Made by a program: the position numbers and the translations under genes
The notes under the pieces: generated by a model
Seen by the model: the letters and a program-made list of their open reading frames with translations, nothing else
The model's database searches: none
Told to the model about the DNA's origin: nothing
Origin: an uncultured delta proteobacterium
GTDB lineage: Bacteria > Desulfobacterota > Binatia > Binatales > Binataceae
Direction: 5' to 3'
Assembly (NCBI GenBank): GCA_963765675.1
Contig: CAVXXK010000004.1
Coordinates: 1-64,000, forward strand
Length of the DNA: 64,000 bases
In this document: piece after piece, positions 1 through 10,222 of the stretch
How positions within the stretch are numbered: position 1 is the stretch's first letter
How the letters are laid out: each line of letters starts with the position of its first letter

Positions 1-32
1 AAAATCATTGAGGTTTTTTCTGATCTCCAGGT

Positions 33-57
33 GGTTCAAATCCCGTCGGGGACGCCA
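33..57 (+). other. 3' fragment of a tRNA (Glu-like); probable att direct repeat of an integrative element lying upstream of the window
   Basis: GGTTCAAATCCCGTCGGGGACGCCA = T-loop, 3' T-stem, acceptor 3' strand (CGGGGAC), discriminator G and CCA, resembling tRNA-Glu 3' ends. The upstream bases (CAGGTGG) cannot form the full 5' T-stem (ACGGG), so it is not an intact tRNA. Confidence 0.7.
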
Positions 58-245
58 AAATATGAGGTTCACGGTCTGGGCGGAGTCTCGCGCCCAGTGC
101 GAGCACTGGTTGCGTCTATACGAGCGTTCCCGGCGGATAAATGGATTCGCGCCCTGAACCGTCGTTCACCGATCCGAGAACCGCGTGAGACGAGCGCGTA
201 GTGCCTGCCGCAGAATTTCGACGTGCGGTCTCGGCGAATTCCTTG

Positions 246-285
246 AGCTCCCCGGCTTCGGTGTTTCCGCCGAAACCGGGGAGCT
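246..285 (-). terminator. GC-rich hairpin downstream of the G8 gene, possible terminator
   Basis: AGCTCCCCGG-C-TTCGGTG / CGCCGAA-A-CCGGGGAGCT inverted repeat about 60 bp past the stop at 349; no strong U-tract. Confidence 0.4.
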
Positions 286-348
286 GACATTTGCCTGGTT
301 CGTCGCAGGCAGAGAGAGCCGGCTCGCTAGCTGATTGGCCGTGCTCTA

Positions 349-3300
349 CTATCGGTTCATCTTCTGGCAGAGCAAATTCCCAGGCTGCATCGTATAGTTA
401 CACTGCGAACCTGAGATGGCGGCGCCAACGAGATTGTAGTTTACGTTCCAGTCGAACCCCGACGGATCTTCCTTGGAGCCGAACTTCACTGGAGTTGGCC
501 GCTCATTCTTATCGTTGGCCGCGAAATAAGTGCTCGAGGGAAAGGTGACTTGGAACGATGGACATCCACGTGCTCCGCAGTCGAGGTCCTTGACCGACCA
601 ATCACAAACCGTCTCGCCATAGGGATTCTTCTGACTGCACAATGAGAAATATGGGCTGGCGGGGTTGCACTGGCATGTACCGCTGCCCCCGCCCGAAATC
701 CATTGACACATCGTCGGCGGTTCGCACTGTTGCTGACCGAGAGTCACCGCGGGCTTTGAGCCGGGAACTATAGTATTGAAATTGTAGTCGCTGGCCAGTC
801 CCGCCATGTTGGTTGTCAGAGTAAGAATTCCGTTGCTGGGATTGTATTTACTGGTCCAGCCGGTCGGCAACGCACCGCCGTTTGCCGCGGCGAATTTGTA
901 CTTCGCGGTGCTGATATCAACGTAGCCAAACTTTACGTTCGTTTGCGCGAAGGTCTTGCCGCTCGACTCGGGAATATTCTTACCGACATAAAATTCGTAT
1001 GTCTGCTTGGTATCCGGCTGAGAATAAACAAAAAACAGGTCATAGATTCCGCCGGGTACAAAAACATTGACGCTTTCGGCTCCCGCCTTCGTTTGAGTGT
1101 CCTTTGAGACCGTCGTGTCGACGTAATACACACCGTGGTTGACCGTCAGGCCGCTGCGCTGGAACGTGTTTTGGCCCATCATCCGTTTTGCTTGTTCCTG
1201 CCCCGCAGATTCCTTGGATGTGAGTAGCTGGCGATACAGCGGTACCCCGACGCAAGCGCCGGAGCCAACCCCCGACTTTGGCGGATTGCTGCAAGTGCTA
1301 CCCCAGTTTTGATCCTCGCATTGCGTTAAGGGTGGCGCTGGCTGATTCGGAGGGGGAAGCGGAACGGACAGCGCGCATTCAGGATAAAGCGCCGCGGTTA
1401 CGTATTCGTAGGGGCTGGTCTTCGCGGTCGCTGGCGGACACTTCGAATCGCTGTCTCTGTTAGCCGCCGCCAGGTCGGTACCGCATTCCGTGGTTTCGAC
1501 TGGTGCGTCGAAGAACTTCTCCTGATTGACCGAGATCGTTTCATTCGGTCCCGGCGTTGGGGTAGCGGTTGGGCCCATTGCCGTTGAAACGGGGCCCGCC
1601 AGTCCGGTCAAGCTGCCGTCGTCATCGTTGAGCACAGTCTCCCGATCGACGTCGGTGAAGCCGGCGAAATAATTATCATTCCAGGAGCACCACTCCTTTT
1701 TCGTCGCGTCAAGATTGGTGTCGAAACTCAACAGGCCGCCCTTGAACAGCGGCTCAGTGACGAAATGGCGGATATCGACCCCGTTGAAGAAGAGGTTGGT
1801 GGAATGAAACGCCGGGGCATAATAAAACCCGTTGGGCTGCTTCCATCCGATTGCCGCGTTGGGCAGGAAGCAGCGGTCGTCGTCGGCCTTTCCGTTCGGC
1901 GCGCGATAAGCCCGCAGACCGCCGAGGGCGCCATTCATGAAACCGGCCTGTTGACAAGGATTGCCCGTGACGTCGGTCGGTTTACATAGGTCGTTCCCCG
2001 ACTTCAGCACGGCGCCAGTGATGGTGCCATCCTTGGTCAGGTAGGTCGGATGGATGTTGATATAGGCGTCGGAATCCTGGTAGGTCGGACCGTCGTAAAC
2101 GCTGAACAGGCGTTGAAACCCCCCAAAGTTAGTGAGCTGCATGCTGACGCCATCGCTCTGCGACAGACAGTATGAATTGTTGGCGTTATTGTTGATGTCT
2201 GGTGCGCACTTCAACCCTGTGGAAAGGCCGTCCTTGCTGACGAATGGGTTAAAAGGACCCGCGTTCGAGGCATACGGATTGTCGGAAAGATCGCTTTTCG
2301 GATTCTGCCATTGGCTGCCGCCGACGAAGGCGGTTTTGCGCGCCAGTGCCCAGAAGCCGCTGATCACCGAAGATTTGCTGTAGTCGCCGCTGGTCACGAA
2401 ATTCAGCCCGCCACCCTGCACATCGCCGATTTCGCTGTCAATCACCAATGACCAGAATGGGCGTACCCAGATCGCCGAGAAGTTATTCTGCGCCCAGTTA
2501 AAGTTGGTGACGAACTGGTCGAGCACGACGACATCGCAGTTTCCCTTGGTCCCATCGCTGCAGATCGCGACCGAAGTACAATCCGGATTAGTTTTGCCCG
2601 TATCTGCGTCCGCGCAGCGTGTGGCCAACCGTCCGCCGCCTGACACCCTGGGCCAATAGGTATCGTTACCGGGAACCGGAATTGGAAAATTTTGCGTCGC
2701 TTGCGTCGACGGCAGCATCTGTAGGGTGGAGGTATGGGATACGAGCTTGGCCGGATCCATCTGGTTGACGCCGTTGCACACGGCGCTGTTGCCGATCTCC
2801 ATGAACGCTTCCATCGCCGAGCTGCACGAGTTGCCGATGAAAGTCTCGAGCGGGGTTGTTCCCGCACGGTCGGTGAAGGGCGGATTGGTGCCGGGTTGGC
2901 TGCCCAATTGTTCGCCGGCATAACCGTACCATTTCTCGGTCTGCGAGATGACCGCTAACGGCGCCGGGCACGAACCAGTAGCAGGCGCCGCAAGTGCCCG
3001 CGCCTGCGGCCATGTTGTACTCGAAGTCGTTCATCCCGTTCATCATCCAGAACACCGCGGGATGGTTCGAGTCCGAGTAGTACGGGAAGTTGTCGTAGCC
3101 GATAGCGCAGGTCTTATCGTGAGCCGTACAACTCTTGTCGGTAGCAGTCAGGATGCCCGGGATCCGGCGCGGATTTTGGGCGTTAGCGACTGCGCCACGC
3201 GCAAGGACCCCCAGGTTGGCGTACAGTTGGTTGCCGGTCTCGGTTCCGTCCTCCAAATAATAACCGTGACCGATGGATGCATAACCCACGTTACGCGCCA

Positions 3301-4683
3301 GCCTGACACCCTGGGTCGCGTGAATAACCATCCAGCGCGTCATCGAGTCCCATACCGAACTGTCCTTCACGTAGGTTATCGGCGCCGTTTTACCTTGTGG
3401 CGTCTGCCGCGCCATGTGGAAGTGCACCGGATAATGCATGATCTCTCCACCCTGGCCCAGATGATAAAATTCGACGCCCTGCACCTGGTAGCTCTGAAAG
3501 CCCTGGCGCACGATAGTGTGACCGCCGAAAAAATAGCCGGTCGAGCCGTCGGTCGGCGGCGCGGGGAAGGTGGTCGTGTAATTAGGCGCTACGGGCGCTG
3601 TATCGCCCTCGGAAATGATGCGGATGCTATGCGTCAACAGTCCAACCGCCGCGCGAGTGTCGGCGGAGCTGACGTTCAGCCCAAGACGTGAGATTCCCGG
3701 GTAGGTTGTATTGGACAGGTCGAGCATCTCGCCGTTATGCGGCCATTGGAGGCCGGTGACGCCCGGAGCGGCGTTGGTAAATGTGATCAGCGTGTTAGTG
3801 CCATCGGCTTCCGGCGGTTTGCTGATAACCAACTGCTCCGCATGACCCGGCAAATAATCGGTCGAGGTGATGACGATATTATCGTTCTGCTGCCAATCCA
3901 CCTTACCAGTGACAATCATGCTGGTGGCTTGGGCTTTACACTGCCCTGCAGCCGGACCCAACTCGTTCCGGTGCACGAGTTATCAGCGTCCGGGCCGGTT
4001 TCCACACAAGCGCCGGGTTGGCCAGCGTATGATGCGCCCTTCTTCCCGAAGAGTTGCAGTGTGCCGCCGTAGGACAACGCCAGAACCTTGTGCCCGAAAT
4101 ACGCGGTCGGATTACTGGTCTGATCCGCCGGGTCGAGGGCCTCGTAGGAATAGAAGCAGTCGTCGACGTCGCCGGGTAGCGTGTTAGAAGCGCAATCGGC
4201 GGTCGGCCGCAGCATCGGCGGCATCGTGCGCGGGTTGGAGCCCCAGATCGTACTGGGAACGCCACAATTTGCCGATACGCAAGTGGCGCCCGGATCGGCG
4301 GCCGCACCCCATAGGTGAATCGTCAGCGCTCCACCGGCCGTACCAATCGGGTTCGGTGCCCCTGCGATCAGGCTGCCAAAGTTCTCGACGATGATATTTT
4401 CCGCGTAAAAATCGATTTTCGCATCATCGAAGGTCAGGGTCCCGCCCGGAGTGACCCCCGGGTCCGTGCTGTAGATGTTCACGTTGTGAAACGTGTAGGT
4501 GCCGGCGGTCACTTCGCAAGGACCCGTCACCTGGAGATCCGTCGTCGCATCGCCCGAGGTCAACTTCCCGCCATTACACGTCATAGCCAGAGCGCGTCCG
4601 GAAAAGATCGTCACCAACAGCAGCAGGCTCGCGAACAAGAACGCCAATCTACCGGGTTTATGAATTCGAGATGTCATGCACAC
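349..4683 (-). pseudogene. Large secreted G8-domain / parallel beta-helix protein (CEMIP/TMEM2-like), split by two frameshifts (~3930, ~2947)
   Basis: Three overlapping ORFs read as one protein: signal peptide and G8-like segment (GTLTFDD..IIVENFGSLIAG; FGHKVLALSYGGTLQLFG), then WQQNDNIVITSTDY, AAVGLLTHSIRI, FFGGHTIV..YHLGQ..YPVHFH and GHGYYLEDGTETGN. The frames rejoin with single-base changes; it may be an intact gene with sequencing indels. Confidence 0.8.
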
Positions 4684-4894
4684 TGCCGCCCCTCCTTACA
4701 TCGAGCGCGCTCATTTCAAGCAGAAAGTAATCGACGGCTCGAATAAATCCGAAACAACGACAACTTTCAAGTGAATCGGCAAGTTTTTAAACTAAATGTA
4801 TTTATTAAACGCATTTATCGTGATAGATGACTTCGCGACTACAGACGGCTATTTAACCTGCGAACTCTGGCAATAACAGATACTTGGGGGCGAG

Positions 4895-6895
4895 ATGAAC
4901 GAGAGAATGCTAGCGATGTCACGTAACTATCACCCGAAGCGTTGGCTGATCTCAGTGTTGCTGTTGATCTTTTCGTTCATCATGGGATGCGGTGGCGGAT
5001 CGAGCTCGAGCCCGCGGCACCACCGCACGCCGACTCCCACGCCCACCCCAACGGCCACGCCTACGCCCGTACCCGGCATCACTGGATTCTCTTACGGGGG
5101 CGCGCCTTCCGTCGGCAGCCCAATCAGCGGCGCCGTGATAACCCTTTATCAGGCAGGAGCCACCGGCTACGGCGTGGGAGCCGCCCAGCTCGCGCAGACC
5201 AGCTCGGGATCAGACGGTAGCTTCAACTTTCCTACGGTCACGTGCCAGACTACCGGCCTATCGCAACAGATCTACCTGGTGTCGGCCGGAGGCACGATCA
5301 GCGGTCAGAGCAGCGCCAATCCAGCAATCGCGCTGATCGCGGCTATCGGCTCCTGCGGCAACTTTGCGCACTCGGTGGTGATCAACGAGGCGACCACCGT
5401 TGCCGCTGCGTGGACGCTGAATCAATTCATGGATTCATCCGGTCAGAACGTCGGGACTTCTTCGACCAACCAGACCGGGCTCAACAATGCTCAAACCGTG
5501 GCGACCTCGAACTTCATCGATTTGAGTACCGGGCTCGCGCCCACCTCGTTTCCTGGAGGATTCACGTCGCCGACCGCGACGCTCTACTCCTTCGCAAACA
5601 TCCTCGCCGGATGCGTGAATTCGTCGGGCTCAGGTTCGAGCGGCTGTCAGAGTCTGTTCACCGCGGCGACCCCTCCGGGCGGCATTGCGCCCACGACCAC
5701 GCTGCAAGCGGCGCTGGACATCGCGCGCAATCCGATCAACAACGCCGGCACCCTGTTCGGGCTTGTGCCTGCCAGTCCGCCTTTCGCCGGGGGGCTGGAA
5801 TCGGCGCCGGTAAGTTGGGTGGCTGAGCTCAACTATGCGCCGTCTGACGCGGGGTTGAATTCTCCCTACGCGCTCGCGCTGGACTCGGCCGGTAACGTCT
5901 GGCTGGCGAACGCAGCCGGCAACAGCGTAAGCGAACTAACAGCCGCGGGCGGTTATACTGATGGACTCAATTTCGCGCCGAGCGGGGCAAACCTGAACTT
6001 CCCACTGTCCCTCGCCTTCGACATGCAGGGTAACCTGTGGGTGGCGAACCTGGCCGGCAACAGCGTGAGTGAATTGACCGCGGCGAGCGCATATACCAGT
6101 GGTTCAAGTTTTGCCCCTGCGGCCGCGGCGCTCAACCAACCCTCTCAGCTTGTGCTCGACTCCGCGGGCAATATCTGGGTTACGAACTTTCTGGGTAACA
6201 GCGTCAGTGAGTTGCTCGCGGGATGCTCCAGCGCGAGCTGTACCGGGACAAATTTTAGCAATTCGAACACCGGCACTCCCGGGGCACTGTTCAGCAATCC
6301 CATCTCGCTGATTCCCGATTCGGCCGGGAATGTCTGGGTCGTGAACTACGCCAGCAATAGCGTGAGCGAGTTGCCGGCAGGATGCTCCAGCGCGAGTTGC
6401 ACCGGCTCGAACTTCAACAATTCGAATACCGGTGCTCCCGGCGCGGTGTTTAACGGCCCGGTCGAGATTGACCTCGATCCCACTGGCAACTTGTGGGTGG
6501 CAAATCTCACCGGCAGCAGCATAAGCGAGCTCGGTGCAGGCTGCTCTGCGGCGAGCTGCGCCGGCGCGAACTTCAATAACACAAATAGCTTTGGTGTTGG
6601 CCTCCAGGGTCCAAGCTCGCTCGTTATCGATCCCGCTGCCAACGTCTGGGTAACCAATCAGACTGGCAATAGCGTGAGCGAACTCTACGCGGCAGCATCT
6701 TACGCAGTAGGTTACAACTTCGGGCCTTGGGAGTCGTACCGTGGCCAGCTTTTTATCGCGGACGATGCCTCGGGAAATCTTTGGATAGCGAACCAATATG
6801 ACAACAGCGTGACGGAAGTGGTTGGCCTTGCAAGTCCGACGCTCACTCCAGCGCAAGCCTGTCTCGAGCTAGGGCATGACGTCTGCCTGCCATAG
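4895..6895 (+). CDS. NHL-repeat (beta-propeller) lipoprotein
   Basis: Lipobox-like IMGC, PT-rich linker and about 7 repeats of P..LALDSAGNVWxAN..GNSVSEL; start may be 4916. Confidence 0.85.
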   Translation: MNERMLAMSRNYHPKRWLISVLLLIFSFIMGCGGGSSSSPRHHRTPTPTPTPTATPTPVPGITGFSYGGAPSVGSPISGAVITLYQAGATGYGVGAAQLAQTSSGSDGSFNFPTVTCQTTGLSQQIYLVSAGGTISGQSSANPAIALIAAIGSCGNFAHSVVINEATTVAAAWTLNQFMDSSGQNVGTSSTNQTGLNNAQTVATSNFIDLSTGLAPTSFPGGFTSPTATLYSFANILAGCVNSSGSGSSGCQSLFTAATPPGGIAPTTTLQAALDIARNPINNAGTLFGLVPASPPFAGGLESAPVSWVAELNYAPSDAGLNSPYALALDSAGNVWLANAAGNSVSELTAAGGYTDGLNFAPSGANLNFPLSLAFDMQGNLWVANLAGNSVSELTAASAYTSGSSFAPAAAALNQPSQLVLDSAGNIWVTNFLGNSVSELLAGCSSASCTGTNFSNSNTGTPGALFSNPISLIPDSAGNVWVVNYASNSVSELPAGCSSASCTGSNFNNSNTGAPGAVFNGPVEIDLDPTGNLWVANLTGSSISELGAGCSAASCAGANFNNTNSFGVGLQGPSSLVIDPAANVWVTNQTGNSVSELYAAASYAVGYNFGPWESYRGQLFIADDASGNLWIANQYDNSVTEVVGLASPTLTPAQACLELGHDVCLP

Positions 6896-7003
6896 CGGTG
6901 GGCTGGACGCACGATCGGAATAGCTGACGCATCCATCGCACGAGATCTGCGATGCAGCGCCGGGAGCGCCAGGATTTCCTTGCGTTGAAAACGGTTTACC
7001 GCG

Positions 7004-7381
7004 ATGATCTTGCGATCTTGTGAGCTCCGGGGGATGCGCGTGCTGGAGTGCACTCCCGAGGGCGCGCGGCTGCGAACGGATCGCGATGCGGCGGACCTCG
7101 TCGGCGCCGCATTTGAGCATCACGTCGCCTTGATCGTGATTCGCGCCGAGAATCTTGACGCTGACTTCTTCCGGCTGAAGACCGGCGTCGCCGGTGCGAT
7201 CATTCAGAAGCTCGTTAATTGCCGGCTGCGTCTCGCGATCGTTGGTGATATTTCGCAATACCTGGCCGAAAGCTCCTCTTTGCAAGCCTTCGTCAATGAA
7301 TCAAACCGCGGCAACCAGGTCTGGTTTCTGGCGAGCCTCGAAGAACTGGATCAACGATTGGCGCGAGCGCATCCAGCGTAG
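7004..7381 (+). CDS. DUF4180 family protein
   Basis: Signature DFFRLKTGVAGAIIQKLVN..RLAIVGDIS...FVNESNRG. Confidence 0.8.
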   Translation: MILRSCELRGMRVLECTPEGARLRTDRDAADLVGAAFEHHVALIVIRAENLDADFFRLKTGVAGAIIQKLVNCRLRLAIVGDISQYLAESSSLQAFVNESNRGNQVWFLASLEELDQRLARAHPA

Positions 7382-7537
7382 GGACTGCGATCCGAGTTGC
7401 GCGTAGCTCCCCGCTCAATGGTACCGCTCCCAAGTTCAAACGATGGGCTTCGTCAGGTTTCAGCGCGAAATCGCACCCCTAGCGCAGGATTTCGACCTAC
7501 CGCACCAGCAAGTCCGGCCGGCCGCGCCGACGCGAGT

Positions 7538-8386
7538 TTATGACCAGCGCTCGAAACTTAGCAGGCCTACGATCTCGGTGACGGAATGCTTGCCGTGTTC
7601 GGCGAGGAGCGCGTCGAGCTCGCGATCGATTCGGCCGAGCGCGCCCGCTCCTTCCTTGATCAGCGCGGAGCCGACCTGCACCGCTTTGGCGCCCGCCAGA
7701 TGCGCGATATATGCGTCGCGGCCCGTGTTGATTCCGCCCACTGCGACAATGTCGAGCAGGCCCTCGCTTTCCCGATAGATCGAACGCGCATGGGAGAGCG
7801 CGCGTTCGGGTCCCTTGGCGATCCCGGTCGCGATATCGACTTCGAGGTCTTTTGGCAGATCGTTCTGGCATACGGCGATCGCCACACGCATCGCCTTCAG
7901 CAGGTCCGCGATCGCGCGCGCCGAAAATCCGGTCGCAGACGGCAGTTTGACCGCTAGCACGCATCCGACTTCGCCGCGCACTCGCCCGATCAGCGACTTG
8001 GCGCGCTCGAGAGATGCAAACGGCGCGAGCGCGCGCAGCACGTAGTCGTCGGCCAAGTTGAGCTCCAGGATCGCCACGCCCGCTCGATCGAGGCGCTTCG
8101 CGACCGCGATAAATTCCTCCTCGCTGGTGCCGACGATACTCGCGATGATCTTCTTGCCGCGCGGCGCGAGCTCACCTGCCAGCGCGGCAAAGTGCTCGAC
8201 ACCGGCGTTCTTCAGATTGTCCGGCGTCTCGAGTCCCGCAAGGTTGCACGACTTGAAAACGATCGCTCCGCGATGCACCGCCGCGAGCTCGTAGATCTCG
8301 CCGCGCTCGGCCGAGCGCGGCCCCGAAGCGTTCATGATCGAGCTCGAAAGCTCGAGCCCGCCGAGGCGTACGGAAGTGCGTTCCAT
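7538..8386 (-). CDS. Dihydroorotate dehydrogenase-like FMN-binding TIM-barrel protein (divergent active site)
   Basis: MNASG, KS, ELNL, VKLP, VGGINTG and QVGSA motifs of family 1 DHODH; ELNLADD replaces ELNLSCPN. Start taken at ATG 8386. Confidence 0.7.
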   Translation of the reverse strand: MERTSVRLGGLELSSSIMNASGPRSAERGEIYELAAVHRGAIVFKSCNLAGLETPDNLKNAGVEHFAALAGELAPRGKKIIASIVGTSEEEFIAVAKRLDRAGVAILELNLADDYVLRALAPFASLERAKSLIGRVRGEVGCVLAVKLPSATGFSARAIADLLKAMRVAIAVCQNDLPKDLEVDIATGIAKGPERALSHARSIYRESEGLLDIVAVGGINTGRDAYIAHLAGAKAVQVGSALIKEGAGALGRIDRELDALLAEHGKHSVTEIVGLLSFERWS

Positions 8387-8486
8387 GGCACGGTATGTAG
8401 CCGCATCAACGCGGGCTCGGCAAGCGCCGGAAAATTCGCGATCGCCCCGATTGTCTGGCGCGCTGGCGGATCGTAACTTCACCGCG

Positions 8487-9476
8487 ATGGCTGCACGGCG
8501 AATTCTTATTGCCGGTGCGGGCGCGATCGGCTCGGTAGTCGGCGCGCGGCTGCATCTGGCGGGGCATCGCGTCACGATGCTTGGTCGCCCCGCTCATTTG
8601 GATGCGATCGCGCGCGACGGATTGCACGTTACCGGACTGCTCGGCGAGTCGCGTGCGCGCGGCCTCGAGCTTGCCACCGATCCCGCGCAACTCGACGGCC
8701 GCTATGATCTGATCCTTTGCACCGTGAAGCCTTACGACACGGCGTCGATCGCCGACGCGATTTCGGATCGGCTTGCGGACGACGGATTCATCGTGTCGAT
8801 GCAAAATGGGCTCGGGAATATCGAGGCGCTCGCCGAACGCTTTTCGATTTCGCGAGTGCTCGGCGCGCGCGTGATTTTCGGCGCCGAAATTCCGCATCCG
8901 GGGGCCGCGCATGTGACGGTGTTCGCCGATCCGGTCGCGATCGGCCCCGACCCGCAGCAGCATCGCGAGGCCGCACCCGCGCTCGTAGCGCGCGCGACAG
9001 AGATCGCCGCGATGATCGATGCAGCAGGCGTGCCGGCGCTCGGATGCGCCGATATCATGCCGATCATCTGGACCAAGCTCGTATATAACGTAGCGCTCAA
9101 CCCGCTCGGCGCGTTGTTCGAGACGACTTATGGAGCGCTCGCGGCCGACGCCGACCTGCGCGCGATCATGGATGATCTTATCGAAGAGGCGTTCGCGGTC
9201 GCCGCGCGCGCTGGCGTGCGGATGCCGTTTGCCGGCGCCGCGGACTATCGCGCGGCATTTTACGAGCGCTTGATTCCCGCGACCGCCAGCCATCGTCCCA
9301 CAATGCTTTCGGATTTGAAGCGGCGCGGGCGCACCGATATCGATTCGCTGAGCGGCAAGATCGTCGAGCTTGCGGCGCGGCACGGAATCGGCGTCCCGAT
9401 GAACCTCGCGATGGTGCGGATGATTCATGGCGCTGAACGCCGGCGCGCGGCCCAATTGGCGACGGAGGAAAAATGA
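8487..9476 (+). CDS. panE: Ketopantoate reductase family (PanE/ApbA)
   Basis: GAGAIG Rossmann motif, VKPYD, MQNGLG, WTKLVYN..NPL, MLSD..GRTDID. Confidence 0.8.
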   Translation: MAARRILIAGAGAIGSVVGARLHLAGHRVTMLGRPAHLDAIARDGLHVTGLLGESRARGLELATDPAQLDGRYDLILCTVKPYDTASIADAISDRLADDGFIVSMQNGLGNIEALAERFSISRVLGARVIFGAEIPHPGAAHVTVFADPVAIGPDPQQHREAAPALVARATEIAAMIDAAGVPALGCADIMPIIWTKLVYNVALNPLGALFETTYGALAADADLRAIMDDLIEEAFAVAARAGVRMPFAGAADYRAAFYERLIPATASHRPTMLSDLKRRGRTDIDSLSGKIVELAARHGIGVPMNLAMVRMIHGAERRRAAQLATEEK

Positions 9477-9943
9477 AGCGGGCAACAATCACGCGCTCCT
9501 GTCTCGACGCGATCATCGCGCAGGGCGAGCGCGAGTTTCCATACGAATGCTGCGGCTTCATCATCGGAGGCACGGCGATTGAGGAGGTCCGTCCGATCAC
9601 CAATATCCAGAATCGAAAGCATGCCGAGGATCCGGAGACATTTGTGCGCGACGCGCGGACTGCATTTCTGATGGAGCCGAAGGAGCATCTGGCGGTGATG
9701 AACGAGGTCGATCGCCGAAAGCTCGCGCTCAAGATCGTGTATCATTCGCATCCCGATCACGACGCGTATTTCTCCCCGACCGATCGCGCGGCGGCGTGCT
9801 CGTTCGATCCGTCGGAGCCGGACTATCCCGACACGGCCTACGTAGTGATGTCGATCCGGTCAGGCAAGTTCGTGCGCGCGGCAGCCTTCGCATGGGACGA
9901 CGCGAAAAAGGAATTCGTCGAGACTGCGCTCGAAGTTGTGTAG
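9473..9943 (+). CDS. Mov34/MPN/JAB (M67) metallopeptidase, Mec-like
   Basis: PYECCG and JAMM motif YHSHPDHDAYFSPTD; ATGA overlap with panE. Confidence 0.85.
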   Translation: MKRATITRSCLDAIIAQGEREFPYECCGFIIGGTAIEEVRPITNIQNRKHAEDPETFVRDARTAFLMEPKEHLAVMNEVDRRKLALKIVYHSHPDHDAYFSPTDRAAACSFDPSEPDYPDTAYVVMSIRSGKFVRAAAFAWDDAKKEFVETALEVV

Positions 9944-9961
9944 GTCACGGCGATCGATCTC

Positions 9962-10171
9962 ATTGGTGGGCGGGCCGGCGGCCCGCCGTCGTCCACGGGC
10001 GAGACGCCCGCGCCACTATTTCAATGAGCATCTTCATTCGATCTGCATCGCCCCCATTGTCATTTCGAGCGCTGCGCGAGAAATCCCGAGGCGGCCACGC
10101 TTCAAGCCGACATCACGTGCAGCGGCCCTTCGATCGGGATTCCTCGCGCGGCAGCCACGCGCGGGAATGAC
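9962..10171. repeat. REP-like palindrome cluster
   Basis: GGTGGGCGGGCC..GGCCCGCC, GGGCGAGACGCCCGCGCCAC and GTCATTTCGAGCG...GGGAATGAC between convergent genes; related motifs at 14874 and 24919. Confidence 0.6.
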
Positions 10172-10222
10172 ATGAACAAAGCGCGGCGGGGACACGCGCG
10201 GTCTGCGGCGCATGCGCCCTGC

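Noticed and set aside
1-60. Intact tRNA gene at the window start
   Set aside because: Upstream bases do not form an anticodon arm or the full 5' T-stem; only the last ~25 nt match.
4780-4830. Specific regulator site in the AT-rich G8/NHL intergenic region
   Set aside because: The imperfect palindromes (CATTTATCGTGATAGATG) could arise by chance in AT-rich DNA, and no regulator can be assigned.
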